Positions 28,810-41,942 of a stretch of DNA of 64,000 nt are shown here, piece by piece. The notes under the pieces were generated by a model, which worked only from the letters and a program-made list of their open reading frames with translations, searched no databases and was not told the DNA's origin. Position 1 is the first letter of the stretch; each line of letters starts with the position of its first letter. The translations under genes and the position numbers were made by a program. The DNA is from Candidatus Levyibacteriota bacterium. GTDB lineage: Bacteria > Patescibacteriota > Microgenomatia > Levybacterales > UBA12049. The stretch lies in NCBI GenBank assembly GCA_049519175.1, contig JBEKQZ010000001.1:335679-399678 (forward strand), written 5' to 3'.

Positions 28810-29220
28810 TTAAACTCTGACTTTGCGTTTGCGGGCAACTTTAAGTTGTAATAAAGATTTTGCCAGTTCAGCATTGGCCACCCGAAAGTCTTCTTCGGTT
28901 AGTTTTTCTTTCATCGCCTTTTGCGCCCGTTCTTTGGCTTCTTCAACTTTGGCGATTTCAATATCTTCGGCGTGAATGGCATAATCGGCCAAAACGTTGA
29001 CATGGTTATTTAATACTTCCAAAAATCCGCCTGTAATCGCAAATAAATCGGAATGAGCATTTTTTTTAATGACCATTTCTCCGGCAGCTATTTTAGTTAA
29101 CAAATTAACGTGGTTGGGGAGTATCGAAATTTCTCCGTCAACGGTGGGAATAGTAATTTCATCAACTTCTTCGGAAAGAACAACTTCTACCGGAGTGATT
29201 ATTTCTAACAACAGTTTCAT
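28810..29220 (-). CDS. atpC: F0F1 ATP synthase subunit epsilon
   Basis: N-terminal beta-sandwich (..VDEITIPTVDGEISILPNHVNLLT..) and C-terminal helical hairpin. Last gene of the atp operon. Confidence 0.85.
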   Translation of the reverse strand: MKLLLEIITPVEVVLSEEVDEITIPTVDGEISILPNHVNLLTKIAAGEMVIKKNAHSDLFAITGGFLEVLNNHVNVLADYAIHAEDIEIAKVEEAKERAQKAMKEKLTEEDFRVANAELAKSLLQLKVARKRKVRV

Positions 29221-29221
29221 C

Positions 29222-29291
29222 CCGTTAGAAAATCCTTTCTTTAATTATTTGATTTATATTCATAAATTCTAATATAACTGTTTTCTAACGG
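29222..29291. repeat. 11-bp perfect inverted repeat CCGTTAGAAAA ... TTTTCTAACGG flanking a 48-nt AT-rich spacer, in the atpD-atpC intergenic region
   Basis: Arms at 29222-29232 and 29281-29291. Lies between the atpD stop (29298) and the atpC start (29220). Confidence 0.6.
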
Positions 29292-29297
29292 AATTCA

Positions 29298-31539
<2,242 letters not shown>

Positions 31540-31542
31540 AAT

Positions 31543-33066
31543 TTAGGAAAAGCTTTTTTTGAATTCTTGCGCCGCTTTTTGAATTTTTTTAAGTAAATCT
31601 TCGGATGGTTTTTGTCCGGTTGACAATTCGTCTAAAAGCTTTTGTTCTTTTCGTCGCATGTAATCGTGAAATTCAGTTTCAAACCGGGAAATTTTTTCGA
31701 CTGCGACATCGTCCAGAGTACCGCTGGTAACAAGCCAGACACTTAAGTACTCCAGTGTTTCGGGAAGAGGCTCGTACTGCGGTTGTTTCAAGATCTCAAT
31801 TGTACGCTTACCCCTTTCCAATTGCTTAGTGGTGGCTTCGTCCAATTCGCTGCCAAATTGAGCAAAAGCAGCCAAACTATAATATTGTGCAAGCTCTAAT
31901 CTCATTTTACCCGCTACGGATCTGATTGCGCTGGACTGTGCGGCTCCGCCGACTCTAGAAACAGAGTTTCCTGCGTCAATGGCAGGTCGAATGCCGGCAT
32001 TAAACAAATCCGGTTGTAGAAAAATCTGTCCGTCAGTGATGGAGATAACGTTGGTTGGAATATAAGCGGAAATATCGTTGGCCTGAGTCTCGATAATTGG
32101 TAAGGCGGTTATTGAGCCGCCGCCGTTCTCCTTGTTCATTTTGACGGCTCTTTCCAAAAGTCTCGAATGAAGGTAAAAAATATCGCCGGGATAAGCTTCT
32201 CTTCCGGCCGGTCTTCTTAAAACCAAAGAAATTTGCCGGTAAGCCCAGGCGTGTTTGGTTAAATCGTCGTAGACGACCAGAACATCCTGTCCTTTTTCCA
32301 TAAAGTATTCGGCTATAGCCACTCCGGCATACGGAGCCAGATATTGTAGTGCCGCCGGGTCGGAAGCTGAAGCAACCATCACGATTGAATAATCCATCGC
32401 CCCAGTTTCTCTTAATTTTTCGACTACTCTGGCAATAGTGCTTTGTTTTTGACCGATTGCAACATAAATGCAAACCATTGGCTTGGCGCCTTTAATTTTA
32501 CTGGCTTGCTTCTGATTGATAATTGTGTCAATGGTGATAGCGGTTTTACCAATTCCGCGGTCACCAATAATTAATTCTCTCTGTCCACGACCAATTGGAA
32601 TCATTGTGTCAATCGCTTTGATGCCGGTTTTAACTGGAGTATTCACTGGTTCTCTTTGAATAACGCCGGCGGCGATTCTTTCCAAGGGCATCTTTTTACC
32701 GCCTCTAATTTTTGGTTTACCGTCAAGCGGCTCCCCCAACGGTCCAAGTACCCTGCCAATTAAATCTTCGGAAACCTCAATGCTTAAAAGAATACCGGTG
32801 GTTTTAACCGTGTCGCCCTCATTAATGTCGGTGGACTTGTCCAATAAAATAATTGAGCAGTAATCTTCGTCTAAATTAAGAACGACACCTTGTGCTCCAT
32901 TTCCAAAAATAACCAGTTCGGACATCATTACTTTGGATAGTCCCGAAACTACGATTACTCCGTCGGTATTTTTTTCTACCACGCCAACATTTTTAGATAC
33001 ACCATCAGTCGTAAAAGTTGTGAGCCTTTTTTCTAATTGCTTAATTATTTCTTCAGAGTTTTTCAT
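31543..33066 (-). CDS. atpA: F0F1 ATP synthase subunit alpha
   Basis: Walker A GDRGIGKT, plus the PAIDAGNSVSRVG and AQFGSELD blocks. Confidence 0.97.
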   Translation of the reverse strand: MKNSEEIIKQLEKRLTTFTTDGVSKNVGVVEKNTDGVIVVSGLSKVMMSELVIFGNGAQGVVLNLDEDYCSIILLDKSTDINEGDTVKTTGILLSIEVSEDLIGRVLGPLGEPLDGKPKIRGGKKMPLERIAAGVIQREPVNTPVKTGIKAIDTMIPIGRGQRELIIGDRGIGKTAITIDTIINQKQASKIKGAKPMVCIYVAIGQKQSTIARVVEKLRETGAMDYSIVMVASASDPAALQYLAPYAGVAIAEYFMEKGQDVLVVYDDLTKHAWAYRQISLVLRRPAGREAYPGDIFYLHSRLLERAVKMNKENGGGSITALPIIETQANDISAYIPTNVISITDGQIFLQPDLFNAGIRPAIDAGNSVSRVGGAAQSSAIRSVAGKMRLELAQYYSLAAFAQFGSELDEATTKQLERGKRTIEILKQPQYEPLPETLEYLSVWLVTSGTLDDVAVEKISRFETEFHDYMRRKEQKLLDELSTGQKPSEDLLKKIQKAAQEFKKSFS

Positions 33067-33068
33067 TA

Positions 33069-33419
33069 TTACCGATTAATATATGATACCAAATTTTCGA
33101 AAGTATTTTTCAGGTTAAAATCATATACATTATCGTTGTCGATTAATTTTACGCCGGCAATAAGCGACTTGTCTTCCGAAAACTGCAATTGTTTATCTGG
33201 AAATATTTTTTTTAGCTCTTTTGTCAGCGAACTGTTTGTATCCAACTTTGGCATAATCACCTGGACAGTCTTAGCCTGCTCAAAGTTTTTTAGAAACTGC
33301 ACATACCTTTTTAATTGTGCACGATTTAATAGTTTCGAAATCCGAGTTATTTTTTTTATATCCAATGATTTTCCCGTGTAACTTATTACCGCCAATTTTT
33401 TTATCAGTTTGGTCGTCAT
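33069..33419 (-). CDS. atpH: F0F1 ATP synthase subunit delta (OSCP), unusually short (116 aa)
   Basis: Position between atpF and atpA. Helical protein with a delta-like C-terminus. The call rests on synteny and weak similarity. Confidence 0.55.
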   Translation of the reverse strand: MTTKLIKKLAVISYTGKSLDIKKITRISKLLNRAQLKRYVQFLKNFEQAKTVQVIMPKLDTNSSLTKELKKIFPDKQLQFSEDKSLIAGVKLIDNDNVYDFNLKNTFENLVSYINR

Positions 33420-33420
33420 G

Positions 33421-33924
33421 CTAATTAGCCTTTTTAATTTTCTTAAGTGCTTTATTCAAAATTTGTTTTTGCTCTCTTTCTCCAAAAATTCCTTCCAACG
33501 ATCTTGTCAGCATTTCTTCAGCCAGTACACTTACTTTTTCTCCCAGTTCCTGTTCCATGCGCTTCGTATCCTGCTCGATTTGTGCCCTGGCGTCCAGCAA
33601 TATTTTTTCCGCTTGGTGTTTAGTATTCTCTTCAACTTCTTTTGAAACTTCAAGAGCTTGAGTTTTAGCATCCAGTACTAGCACCTTGGCTTCATCGTGT
33701 GCCTTGGCTAAAATCTTTTTTTCTTGATCAAGTGTTTTTTCCAATGTCAGTCTTGCTTCTTCGGCCTGTTTGATGCCCTCTTTAATTTTGTCTTCTCTGG
33801 TTTTAAGCATTCCGAGCACAGGTTTATATAAGAAACGCTTAAGCAAATAAAGAATTATTAGAAAATTTACAATTTGGGCACCCAACAAAATTGGATCAAC
33901 CCCAAAAGTTTTTAATATTTCCAT
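33421..33924 (-). CDS. atpF: F0F1 ATP synthase subunit b
   Basis: Single N-terminal TM helix followed by a long charged coiled-coil (EEA..AE..K repeats). Confidence 0.8.
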   Translation of the reverse strand: MEILKTFGVDPILLGAQIVNFLIILYLLKRFLYKPVLGMLKTREDKIKEGIKQAEEARLTLEKTLDQEKKILAKAHDEAKVLVLDAKTQALEVSKEVEENTKHQAEKILLDARAQIEQDTKRMEQELGEKVSVLAEEMLTRSLEGIFGEREQKQILNKALKKIKKAN

Positions 33925-33928
33925 AGTG

Positions 33929-34881
<953 letters not shown>

Positions 34882-34913
34882 CGTATTTATTCTAAAGGCA
34901 AGCTCTTCTCAAG

Positions 34914-37900
34914 TCAAGAAGAAAAATCTCTAATTCCCCGGATTTTATCGACAATAATGACCGGTTTTTCATTTTTAGTGTCAATCTTACCATAAACTAA
35001 AATTACATTGTCTTTGACTAGCAAGCTTTTGTAAATGTCAAAAATTTTCGGGAATACAACACATTCCAAAGTAATCCCATTCTCATTCGCGATAGTCACG
35101 AAAGCCATTTCTTTGCCGGTTTTTTTAGTAAAAATCCGTCTAATGGCTTCAATAATTCCACCAACAGTAACAACCGTTTGTTCTTTTTCTTCATCGAGAA
35201 ATTCAATCTCATGAGTAATGTCGTTTTTAATTTTCATTAAGTTATCAAGCTGCGGATGAGCAGTTAGATATAAACCTAAAAATTCTTTTTCAAACGCCAA
35301 TTTTTCATCCGATGTAAAATCCTCAAAGTCTTTGGTGGAAGATTTGGGAGCTGCTTGAAGATCAACCTCGTCGCCGAATAAACTGGCTTGTCCCAATTTT
35401 CCTTCCTTTTTCTTCTTAGTGGAAGAATCAACAATGTCCGGAAAATCAATCAACAATTGCGCCCGTTTACCAAAACGGTCCATCGCCCCGGCTTTAATCA
35501 GACTCTCCATGGTTTTTTTATTAATCGTACCAAGGTCTACCCGGTTACAGAAGTCTTCGAAACTCTGAAAATCTCCGTCGGACCTATTCTGTAAGATGTT
35601 GTTAATGGCAGCGGCGCCAACATTCTTAATTGCCGACAGACCAAAGCGTATCTTTGTATTTTCTTCAATTGAAAACTCGGCGTCAGACTTATTGATATCG
35701 GGTGGGAGAACTTGAATCTTTAAACGTTTACACTCCGCTACGGCTTGCGCAATTTTTTCGTTTTTTGCCGGACCGGTGGTACCTCTTGATTCGGCAGTTA
35801 AAAGCGCAGTCATTAATTCGACCGGATAATGTGCTTTAAGATAAGCGGTGCGAAAAGCAATCGTGGCATAACAAGCAGCGTGCGCTTTACCAAAACCATA
35901 ACCGGCAAACGGTTCAAACAGCGTCCATAAGACTTCTGCTTTATCCTTTTTCATACCATTCGTAACACAGCCTTGGACAAAGTGGTCGTGCTCTTTTTTC
36001 ATTTCCGATTGAATTTTTTTGCCGACCGCTTTTCTTAACTTGTCCGCTTCCAACCAAGAATATCCGGCTACGCTAACAGCGGTTAATAAAAGATCGTCCT
36101 GAAAAGTAATAATGCCGTAAGATTCCTTTAAGACGTCTTCCAAGCGTGGGTCTGGATATTTAATTAATTTCGGATTATTTTTGCGTTTGATAAATTCCGG
36201 AATGTTGGCCATCGGACCGGGCCGATAAAGCGCCACCATTGCCTGCAAATCGAAAATTGTAGTTGGTTTTAGTTCTTTAATATATCTTCTCATTCCTGGG
36301 GACTCAAGTTGAAAAATACCGGTTGTTTCGCCGGACGCCAAAAGCTTATAAGTTTTTTCATCTTCAAAAGGAATATTGGAAAAATCTACTATTTTATTCT
36401 GATTGACCTTAATAAAGCGCAAGCTCTCTTGGATAATAGTTAAATTCCGAAGTCCCAAGAAATCCATCTTTAACAAACCCACGCCGTCATAATCGGCACC
36501 AATAGAATACATATCGTATTGGGTAATAATTTTGTCGCCGTTACTTTCTCTTTGCAGCGGCGTGTATTCCGTAATGTCTTTGTCGGCAATCACTACTCCG
36601 GCGGCGTGCACGGAGGCATGACGGGCAACACCTTCGACTTTTCTGGCCAAATCTAAAATCTTCCGGGTGTCTTCTTCAATGCTGTAGGCAATTTTTAGTT
36701 CCGGACTTTGTTCTAAAGCCTTGTCAATCGTCATAGCGTGTCCTTGCCAGCCCGGCGGAATCATTTTGGAAATGCGGTCCGGAATTGCGTATGGGTATCC
36801 CAATACTCTTCCAATGTCGCGAACAGAGCCCCTGGCTTCCATTGTGCCAAAAGTAATAATCTGGGCTACTTTGTCGCGGCCGTATTTTTCGGTAACATAT
36901 TCAATTACTTCGTCGCGACGGTTATCAGCAAAATCCAAATCGATATCTGGAGGAGACGGACGCATAGGGTTTAAAAACCTTTCAAACGGCAGCTTAAAAT
37001 ATAATGGGTCGATGTCGGAAATGCTCAAAGCATATGATACAATCGAGCCGGCGTTAGAGCCTCTTCCTGGACCGACCGTAATTCCTTGAGACTTGGCCCA
37101 GTTGACAAAGTCGGCGACAATCAAAATATAAGTTTCATAACCCTTTTTTAGAATAACCGAAAGCTCATAATCAACCCTGTCCGTAATTTCTTTAGTAATT
37201 TCTTTATATCTTTTCTTCAGCCCCTCATCGACTTTAATTTTAATATATTCCGCCGCGGTTTTACCGTTGGGCACCTCCAAAACCGGCATAATCCATTTGC
37301 CCAAAGGAATTTCAACGTTGCACATCGCGGCAATTTTGACGGTATTTTCAATTGCCTCCGGTGTTTGCACAAATAACCCTGTCATTTCATCGGGAGATTT
37401 AATATAAAAGTCCGGGGAAGAAATCATTGACAGCTTTCTACTCGGCGTATCAACAGTGGTTTGGGTTTGGATGCAAAGCAGTGCTTCCTGCGCTTCAGCG
37501 TCACCACTGTAAACATAATGGTTATCATTAGTAGCCACTAGCGGAATTCCCAGCTTTTTGGACATTTCAATTAATTTTGCATTCAGAATTTCCTGATCGG
37601 GAAGATTAGTATGTTTTTGCAGTTCCAAATAAAAATTTCCTTGCCCAAAAATTTCATTTAGCTCTTTAGCCCGTTTTTCGGCTGTTTCCTGCTGATTATT
37701 CATCAGTGGCTCCGAAACAAATCCGCCAAGACAAGCCGTAAGACAAATTAAGCCCTCACGATGTTCTCTTAAAAGCTGCAAGTCGGTTCGTGGACGGTAG
37801 TAATAGCCTTCCAAATTGGCAATGGAAATAATTTTCATTAAATTTTCATAACCTTGAATATCTTTGGCCAAAAGCACTAGATGGTTGGAATCCGTGTCGA

Positions 37901-38144
37901 TCCCGGCTTCCTTATCGTGCAGTGTTCTTTTGCTAACATAGATTTCTGCACCTATAATTGGTTTTATTCCAACTTCGAGACATGCTTTATAAAAAGTAAT
38001 CACGCCATACATATTTCCGTGGTCGGTTAAAGCGATGGCGTTCATTCCCAAATCTTTGGCGCGTTTTGCCATGTCTTTAATTTTTGAAAGACCATCTAGT
38101 AAAGAAAATTCGCTATGATTGTGTAGGTGAACAAATTCAGCCAT
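34914..38144 (-). CDS. dnaE: DNA polymerase III subunit alpha
   Basis: N-terminal PHP domain HLHNHSEFSLLDG, a polymerase core and a C-terminal OB fold. 1076 aa. Confidence 0.95.
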   Translation of the reverse strand: MAEFVHLHNHSEFSLLDGLSKIKDMAKRAKDLGMNAIALTDHGNMYGVITFYKACLEVGIKPIIGAEIYVSKRTLHDKEAGIDTDSNHLVLLAKDIQGYENLMKIISIANLEGYYYRPRTDLQLLREHREGLICLTACLGGFVSEPLMNNQQETAEKRAKELNEIFGQGNFYLELQKHTNLPDQEILNAKLIEMSKKLGIPLVATNDNHYVYSGDAEAQEALLCIQTQTTVDTPSRKLSMISSPDFYIKSPDEMTGLFVQTPEAIENTVKIAAMCNVEIPLGKWIMPVLEVPNGKTAAEYIKIKVDEGLKKRYKEITKEITDRVDYELSVILKKGYETYILIVADFVNWAKSQGITVGPGRGSNAGSIVSYALSISDIDPLYFKLPFERFLNPMRPSPPDIDLDFADNRRDEVIEYVTEKYGRDKVAQIITFGTMEARGSVRDIGRVLGYPYAIPDRISKMIPPGWQGHAMTIDKALEQSPELKIAYSIEEDTRKILDLARKVEGVARHASVHAAGVVIADKDITEYTPLQRESNGDKIITQYDMYSIGADYDGVGLLKMDFLGLRNLTIIQESLRFIKVNQNKIVDFSNIPFEDEKTYKLLASGETTGIFQLESPGMRRYIKELKPTTIFDLQAMVALYRPGPMANIPEFIKRKNNPKLIKYPDPRLEDVLKESYGIITFQDDLLLTAVSVAGYSWLEADKLRKAVGKKIQSEMKKEHDHFVQGCVTNGMKKDKAEVLWTLFEPFAGYGFGKAHAACYATIAFRTAYLKAHYPVELMTALLTAESRGTTGPAKNEKIAQAVAECKRLKIQVLPPDINKSDAEFSIEENTKIRFGLSAIKNVGAAAINNILQNRSDGDFQSFEDFCNRVDLGTINKKTMESLIKAGAMDRFGKRAQLLIDFPDIVDSSTKKKKEGKLGQASLFGDEVDLQAAPKSSTKDFEDFTSDEKLAFEKEFLGLYLTAHPQLDNLMKIKNDITHEIEFLDEEKEQTVVTVGGIIEAIRRIFTKKTGKEMAFVTIANENGITLECVVFPKIFDIYKSLLVKDNVILVYGKIDTKNEKPVIIVDKIRGIRDFSS

Positions 38145-38952
38145 TGGTAGTTATTTCATCAACGTCTAAAAATTCTCCATCAGGGGTTTTTAATGCATAA
38201 TATCGTTTTCCTGTTGATGTGTCGGTATACACTTCTTTTCCATCAATTACTTCTCCCATAATAACTCTATCTTTACCCAGTTTTTTTGCTACCTGCAGAG
38301 CGGTATTAGCTCTACCTTCAAACGTATCTCTCTTCTCGTCTCTAATATAGTCAGTTTGTCCTACGCTAACTGTAATCCTGTGCCCATTTTCTGATTGGGC
38401 ATTCCCAATTGCTTCATGATGCCTTTCTGATATTAGTTTGTCTCCGCTTTTTTCAGGATTATGTGTTCTTCTGGATACTATAGCCAGTTCCTCGCCCCCA
38501 ATTCTAAACGCTAAGTCTGAAGCTCTTAATGTCTCATTTATAGTTTCTCCAACCGTTCGGAGAACTTCATCTCCCGTTGGAATTCCATATCGTTTATTAA
38601 ATACTCCGAAGTCATCAATGTCCATTAAAGTTAATTCTAGAGGGGACGATCTTCGATCTCTTTCTACAGTTGCTATCTCTCGGTCGAGTGTTGCATCAAA
38701 CAAAAATTTTGTTCCTAATTTAGTTAGAAAGTCCTTAGCCATTTTTTTTCTTGCTCCTGATAATTCTTTTCGCAATTTCTCTCTAACAATTTCTGAAGCA
38801 ACTTTATCCCTTGCTTGTTCAGTGGCAACCTCAGGAGAAACTTCTGGATGATGTGTTTGAATTTTCGAAACTTGCACATCAACTCTTCCTTGAACTTCCG
38901 GGCGTTTGCTTATTTTTATTGGGTTTTCTCTTGGTGTTATATCTCCTGCCAT
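38137..38952 (-). CDS. GGDEF-domain protein (diguanylate-cyclase-like; active-site motif reads GGEEL) with a ~100-aa low-complexity N-terminal region
   Basis: LMDIDDFGVFNKRYGIPTGDEVLR...RIGGEELAIV is the GGDEF fold with GG(D/E)EF changed to GGEEL. Stop overlaps dnaE start by 8 nt. Start abuts the gatB stop. Confidence 0.65.
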   Translation of the reverse strand: MAGDITPRENPIKISKRPEVQGRVDVQVSKIQTHHPEVSPEVATEQARDKVASEIVREKLRKELSGARKKMAKDFLTKLGTKFLFDATLDREIATVERDRRSSPLELTLMDIDDFGVFNKRYGIPTGDEVLRTVGETINETLRASDLAFRIGGEELAIVSRRTHNPEKSGDKLISERHHEAIGNAQSENGHRITVSVGQTDYIRDEKRDTFEGRANTALQVAKKLGKDRVIMGEVIDGKEVYTDTSTGKRYYALKTPDGEFLDVDEITTNG

Positions 38953-40256
38953 TATTTTAATTCCTCCAAAATTAATTTTCTCACAATATTAACATCTATT
39001 TTCTTCTTGATTATATACATTACCTGGCCGATTGCAAATTGAATAACGTTTTCTTTGCCGTTCTTAAATTCTGCGGTCACTTTTGGATTATCTTGAAGAA
39101 CTTTTTGCACAATTGCTCTTAATTCATTAATATTTATTTCTTCGGTTTTATTTGCTGTAAGAATATCTTCAATCAATTTTGCAGGTAAAATTTCGTCAAT
39201 GCTTATTTTTTTATTGATAATGTAGTTGGCGATTTGCTTTGGGGTAACTTTGCCACTAGCATCTTTAACCGCCTGTTCAAAATAATTCGCCTGTTGATCG
39301 TCTTTGACTAAAATTTCGGCATCATACATGGATAAAGAAAATTCTTTTTCGAATCTAGTAAGTTTTTCGTCAGGTAATTCCGGAATTTGTGATTTAAGAA
39401 TTTCAATTTGCTTCGCAGTCCAGCGGATTGGTGGAATATCAGGCTCCGGGAAATAGCGGTAATCATTAGCTTCCTCTTTAACTCTTTGCGAAACAGTGCC
39501 ATTTTTTTCTTCGTCCCAACCTCTGGTTTCTTGCTTGGGAGTGTCGCCTTTTTCCAGAATTTCTAGTTGTCTTTTAATTTCGAAATCAATTGCTTTTTCG
39601 ACAAAACCAAATGAATTAATATTTTTTACTTCAACTTTATATTTTGGCAAAATCTTGGAGTTTGAATTAAGTGTAATCGAAATATTGGGCTCCAAACGCA
39701 TTTGCCCTTTTTCCATATCGGCATCGGAAACACCCAAATACCGCACAATTTGCTGCAATTTCTGTAAGTAAGCTTTAACGTCTTTGGCATTGTCAAAATC
39801 CGGTTCAGTGACGATTTCGACCAAAGGTACACCACTTCTATTAAAATCAATTAAGCTTGACCCACCTTCATGTGTTAGCTTTCCCGTATCTTCTTCCATG
39901 TGCACGCGGGTAATGCCAAATTTCTTTCCTTTTATTTGAATGTGCCCGCCTAAACAGAAAGGCTCGTCATACTGGGAAATCTGATAACCTTTGGAAAGGT
40001 CGGGATAGAAATAGTTCTTACGGTCGAATTTAGCAAATAAGGGAATCTGACAGTTTAAAGCCAGGCCGATTTGCACACACCACTCGATTGCTTGTTGGTT
40101 TGGGACTGGCAAAGCACCCGGTAGCCCTAAACAAACTGGACAAGTATGACTATTTGGTTTCTGACCAAAATAATCTGTCAAACAACCGCAAAACATTTTC
40201 GACTGCGTTTTTAGCTCGACGTGCACTTCTAAACCAATAATTACTTTATAATTCAT
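38952..40256 (-). CDS. gatB: Asp-tRNA(Asn)/Glu-tRNA(Gln) amidotransferase subunit B
   Basis: MNYKVIIGLEVHVELKT is the canonical N-terminus. The ORF track gives a 12-codon longer alternative start at 40292. GatB/YqeY C-terminal domain present. Confidence 0.93.
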   Translation of the reverse strand: MNYKVIIGLEVHVELKTQSKMFCGCLTDYFGQKPNSHTCPVCLGLPGALPVPNQQAIEWCVQIGLALNCQIPLFAKFDRKNYFYPDLSKGYQISQYDEPFCLGGHIQIKGKKFGITRVHMEEDTGKLTHEGGSSLIDFNRSGVPLVEIVTEPDFDNAKDVKAYLQKLQQIVRYLGVSDADMEKGQMRLEPNISITLNSNSKILPKYKVEVKNINSFGFVEKAIDFEIKRQLEILEKGDTPKQETRGWDEEKNGTVSQRVKEEANDYRYFPEPDIPPIRWTAKQIEILKSQIPELPDEKLTRFEKEFSLSMYDAEILVKDDQQANYFEQAVKDASGKVTPKQIANYIINKKISIDEILPAKLIEDILTANKTEEININELRAIVQKVLQDNPKVTAEFKNGKENVIQFAIGQVMYIIKKKIDVNIVRKLILEELK

Positions 40257-41655
40257 AAGGCGTTTTTTCAAAAAATCTGGTTTCCTGTTCAAAAGTATGA
40301 CCGATTCTAAATAGTAATTCTTCGGAAAACTTTGGTCCTAAAAATTGGATGCCAACCGGCAGTCCTTGAATAAATCCGGATGGTACGGATAACCCGGGAA
40401 TTCCGGCTAGATTGCAATTGACAGTTAAAACGTCCGACAAGTACATTTTTAACGGGTCGTTAACTTTCTCGCCTATTTTCCAAACTACGGTTGGGGAGAC
40501 TGGAGAAACAATCGCGTCGACTTTTTTGTAAGCATTTTCGAAATCCTGAATAATTAAAGTTCTCACTTTCATTGCTTTTTTGTAGTAAGCATCATAGTAG
40601 CCAACGGATAAAGTAAAAGTTCCTAGCATGATCCTTCTTTTTGCTTCGTTGCCAAAAGATGCGCGGTCGTTCCCATAGCGAATACCATCGAACCTAGCTA
40701 AGTTAGAAGAAACTTCAGCGGGCTGAATAATGTAATAAACGGCAATTCCATATTCGGTATTGGGCAAAGAAATGTTGATGATTTCGGCTCCAAGTTTTCC
40801 CAAAATTTTCAGTGAACTTTTAAAGTTATTGAAAATTTCCGGTTCAATTCCTTCAATATATTCCTTTGGCACTCCAATTCTTAAACCATTTATTCCGTTT
40901 GGCAGCGATTTTAAATAGTCAGGAACAATTTCCGGTGGCGTGGTGGCGTCAAAACTATCTTTTCCAGCAGTCACATTTAAAAATAAAGCACTGTCTTCAA
41001 CGGTTTTGGTAAAATGGCCGACGCAGTCAAGTGAAGAAGCCATCGCAATTATTCCATAGCGGCTGACACGTCCATAAGTTGGTTTTAAACCCACAATGTT
41101 AGTAAAACTGGCCGGCAGTCTGATTGACCCGCCGGTATCGGTGCCGGTGGCAGCAAGTGCCATTCCTGACGTTACGCTAACCGCGGAGCCACTGCTTGAG
41201 CCGCCCGGGACATATTCCTCATTCCAGGGATTTTTAACCGCTCCAAAATCGGAATTTTCACCACTTGAACCGTGAGCCCAGGCATCTAAATTGGTTTTGC
41301 CAACAATAACTGCGCCGGCATTTTTCAATTTGGAAATTACGGTCGCGTCGTATGGAGGAATATAACTATCTAAGACTTTGGATGCAGCCGTTGTTTTAAC
41401 TCCTTTGGTACTAAAAATATCTTTCGCGGCAATTGGAATTCCCAAAAGCGGTAAATCCTGCCCGTCTTTAATTAAAACGTCGGCTTGCTTTGCTTGCTCT
41501 AAAGCTTTGTCTTCGCAAACCGTAATGAAAGCATTCAGGTTTTGGTTTCTCATTCTTATTTGGTCAAGACAAGCAGTAACCAGCTCAACGGAAGAATATT
41601 GTCTATCTTTTAATCCTTGCATGGCTTTTTTTATGGTTAGATTATTTAATTTCAT
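40246..41655 (-). CDS. gatA: Glutamyl-tRNA(Gln) amidotransferase subunit A (amidase signature family)
   Basis: Amidase signature GGSSSGSAVSV. 469 aa. Confidence 0.95.
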   Translation of the reverse strand: MKLNNLTIKKAMQGLKDRQYSSVELVTACLDQIRMRNQNLNAFITVCEDKALEQAKQADVLIKDGQDLPLLGIPIAAKDIFSTKGVKTTAASKVLDSYIPPYDATVISKLKNAGAVIVGKTNLDAWAHGSSGENSDFGAVKNPWNEEYVPGGSSSGSAVSVTSGMALAATGTDTGGSIRLPASFTNIVGLKPTYGRVSRYGIIAMASSLDCVGHFTKTVEDSALFLNVTAGKDSFDATTPPEIVPDYLKSLPNGINGLRIGVPKEYIEGIEPEIFNNFKSSLKILGKLGAEIINISLPNTEYGIAVYYIIQPAEVSSNLARFDGIRYGNDRASFGNEAKRRIMLGTFTLSVGYYDAYYKKAMKVRTLIIQDFENAYKKVDAIVSPVSPTVVWKIGEKVNDPLKMYLSDVLTVNCNLAGIPGLSVPSGFIQGLPVGIQFLGPKFSEELLFRIGHTFEQETRFFEKTPYEL

Positions 41656-41942
41656 TGTTCAAGAATTGCTTTGACTTTAAACGAACCGTTTTGTTGACTT
41701 TTTGTGTTGGTTAAAGCTTGATCTGGTGATAGCGAAGGAGCGGTAGAATCTTCCCGTGTAACATTTTCCAAATTCGTCACCTGACTGGTTTCGTGGACTT
41801 TGTCGGTATTAACTTTTTTTAGCTTTTCAATATATTCTAAAATCTCCAAAAGTTGTTCTTCGTATTTTTGAATTTGATCATCTTTTAAGGGGAGACTGGC
41901 TAATTTGGCGATGTGTAAAACATCTATTTTCATTGAATACAT
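41652..41942 (-). CDS. gatC: Glutamyl-tRNA(Gln) amidotransferase subunit C
   Basis: Begins ..IDVLHIAKLASLPLKDDQIQKYEEQLLEILEYIEKL.., like GatC. Sits immediately upstream of gatA with overlap. The true start may be the MKID Met four codons in. Confidence 0.8.
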   Translation of the reverse strand: MYSMKIDVLHIAKLASLPLKDDQIQKYEEQLLEILEYIEKLKKVNTDKVHETSQVTNLENVTREDSTAPSLSPDQALTNTKSQQNGSFKVKAILEQ

